From NCBI GenBank assembly GCA_002633005.1, contig NMRA01000007.1:1605697-1669696 (forward strand): 64,000 nucleotides of DNA, read 5' to 3'. The DNA is from Phoronis australis. Taxonomy: Eukaryota; Animalia; Phoronida. Position numbers and translations under genes: made by a program. Shown in pieces: positions 63,227 through 64,000 of the stretch. The notes beneath the pieces are model-generated. The model saw only the letters and a program-made list of their open reading frames with translations, searched no databases and was not told where the DNA came from. Every line of letters starts with the position of its first letter. Within the stretch, counting starts at the first letter, position 1.

Positions 63227-63878
63227 GTGAGCCTTTTAAATGTATTTGTAGCTTTCACCGCATTATTGAAGTTACTTTTGCCCTATCATGTTACAGCTTG
63301 TGTTTTACTGTTGAGACTCGGTATTTGAAAAACAGCAAACATTTTCTATATAATTTTCGAGGCATGCTGATTGGTCGATAGAAACATTTAACTACAGTCA
63401 CTTTATTTGCTTGTATGGACAGAAGTACAATCAAAAAGTATGCAAGTTATAGTCACTTAAACATGTTGTATCTGTTCTGTGTAATGCCATTGACCATTTT
63501 TTTGCCTCTACAACTCGGTAGTTAGTGCAGAAGACTCTACAGGCAGAGAGGCTGTAGGTTTGGTCCCTGTCTACTGCAGGCATGAATTTTTTCCTTGAAT
63601 GGGTTCTCCAGTCAACTATGCTGTAAAGTAGTACCAGCCGTGGCTGGAGAAGTAACTTGTAATGGCCTATTGTCATGGGGAGTTGGAAAGCCTCTTATTT
63701 GCTCGCACAACACAGTTGAAAGACAATACAGAAACTGTAGTTGGCAACTGGCCCAATGAGTCACATGCCTTTTGAAGAATTTACTTCACTTCTTTAGCAC
63801 CCAAATTGTTTGCACTTCGGTTATAGGGTAAAAAGAGAGTGATTTGCTGTTGTTTTGTCAAAAGACTCACATTGGCTC

Positions 63879-64000
63879 CAGGGGCAGATCCAGGATTTTG
63901 ACTTGGGGGGGGGGACAGTGCAGAGTATTAGCCAGGATTTTGCCTGTCAGACATTCTCACCCCCGTACTGCCAAATGGAATCTGGGAGAATTTCAGGGGG
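63879..64000 (+). mobile_element. PIF/Harbinger-like MITE, truncated by the window end
   Basis: caggggcagatccaggattttgac...attagccaggattt...actgccaaatggaatctgggaga matches the 52045 copy. Confidence 0.7.

Overview
AT-rich, intron-rich eukaryotic (metazoan, probably marine invertebrate) genomic DNA, not prokaryotic. Five protein-coding genes were reconstructed by hand, four by joining exons in frame and one as a single coding exon. (1) A 7-exon organic solute transporter alpha (SLC51A/OSTalpha-like) gene, minus strand 8467-20726, with one GC-AG intron. (2) A cytosolic 5'-nucleotidase cN-I (NT5C1A/B-like) gene, minus strand 26524-~30301. (3) A single-coding-exon ankyrin + SOCS-box (ASB-type) gene, minus strand 32302-33702, with an in-frame TAA inside the SOCS box. 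(4) An 11-exon LRRC74-like LRR + EF-hand gene, plus strand 43379-52906. (5) An ASB3-like ankyrin gene, plus strand from 56624, running off the window end. The intergenic and intronic space is full of non-autonomous DNA transposons: Kolobok-type TTAA elements (one with a decayed KolX/P2X7-ballast-like ORF), Harbinger-like, pogo/Tc1-like and AcademH-like MITEs, and palindromic MITEs. It also holds an intron-containing hAT transposase fossil, a decayed acidic-repeat pseudogene, a tRNA-derived fragment and several minisatellites. Family assignments come from recalled sequence motifs, not database searches. No clearly new multi-gene system was found; the best leads are the SOCS-box nonsense allele, the KolX-bearing Kolobok, the divergent cN-I active site and a minisatellite that arose inside a MITE.
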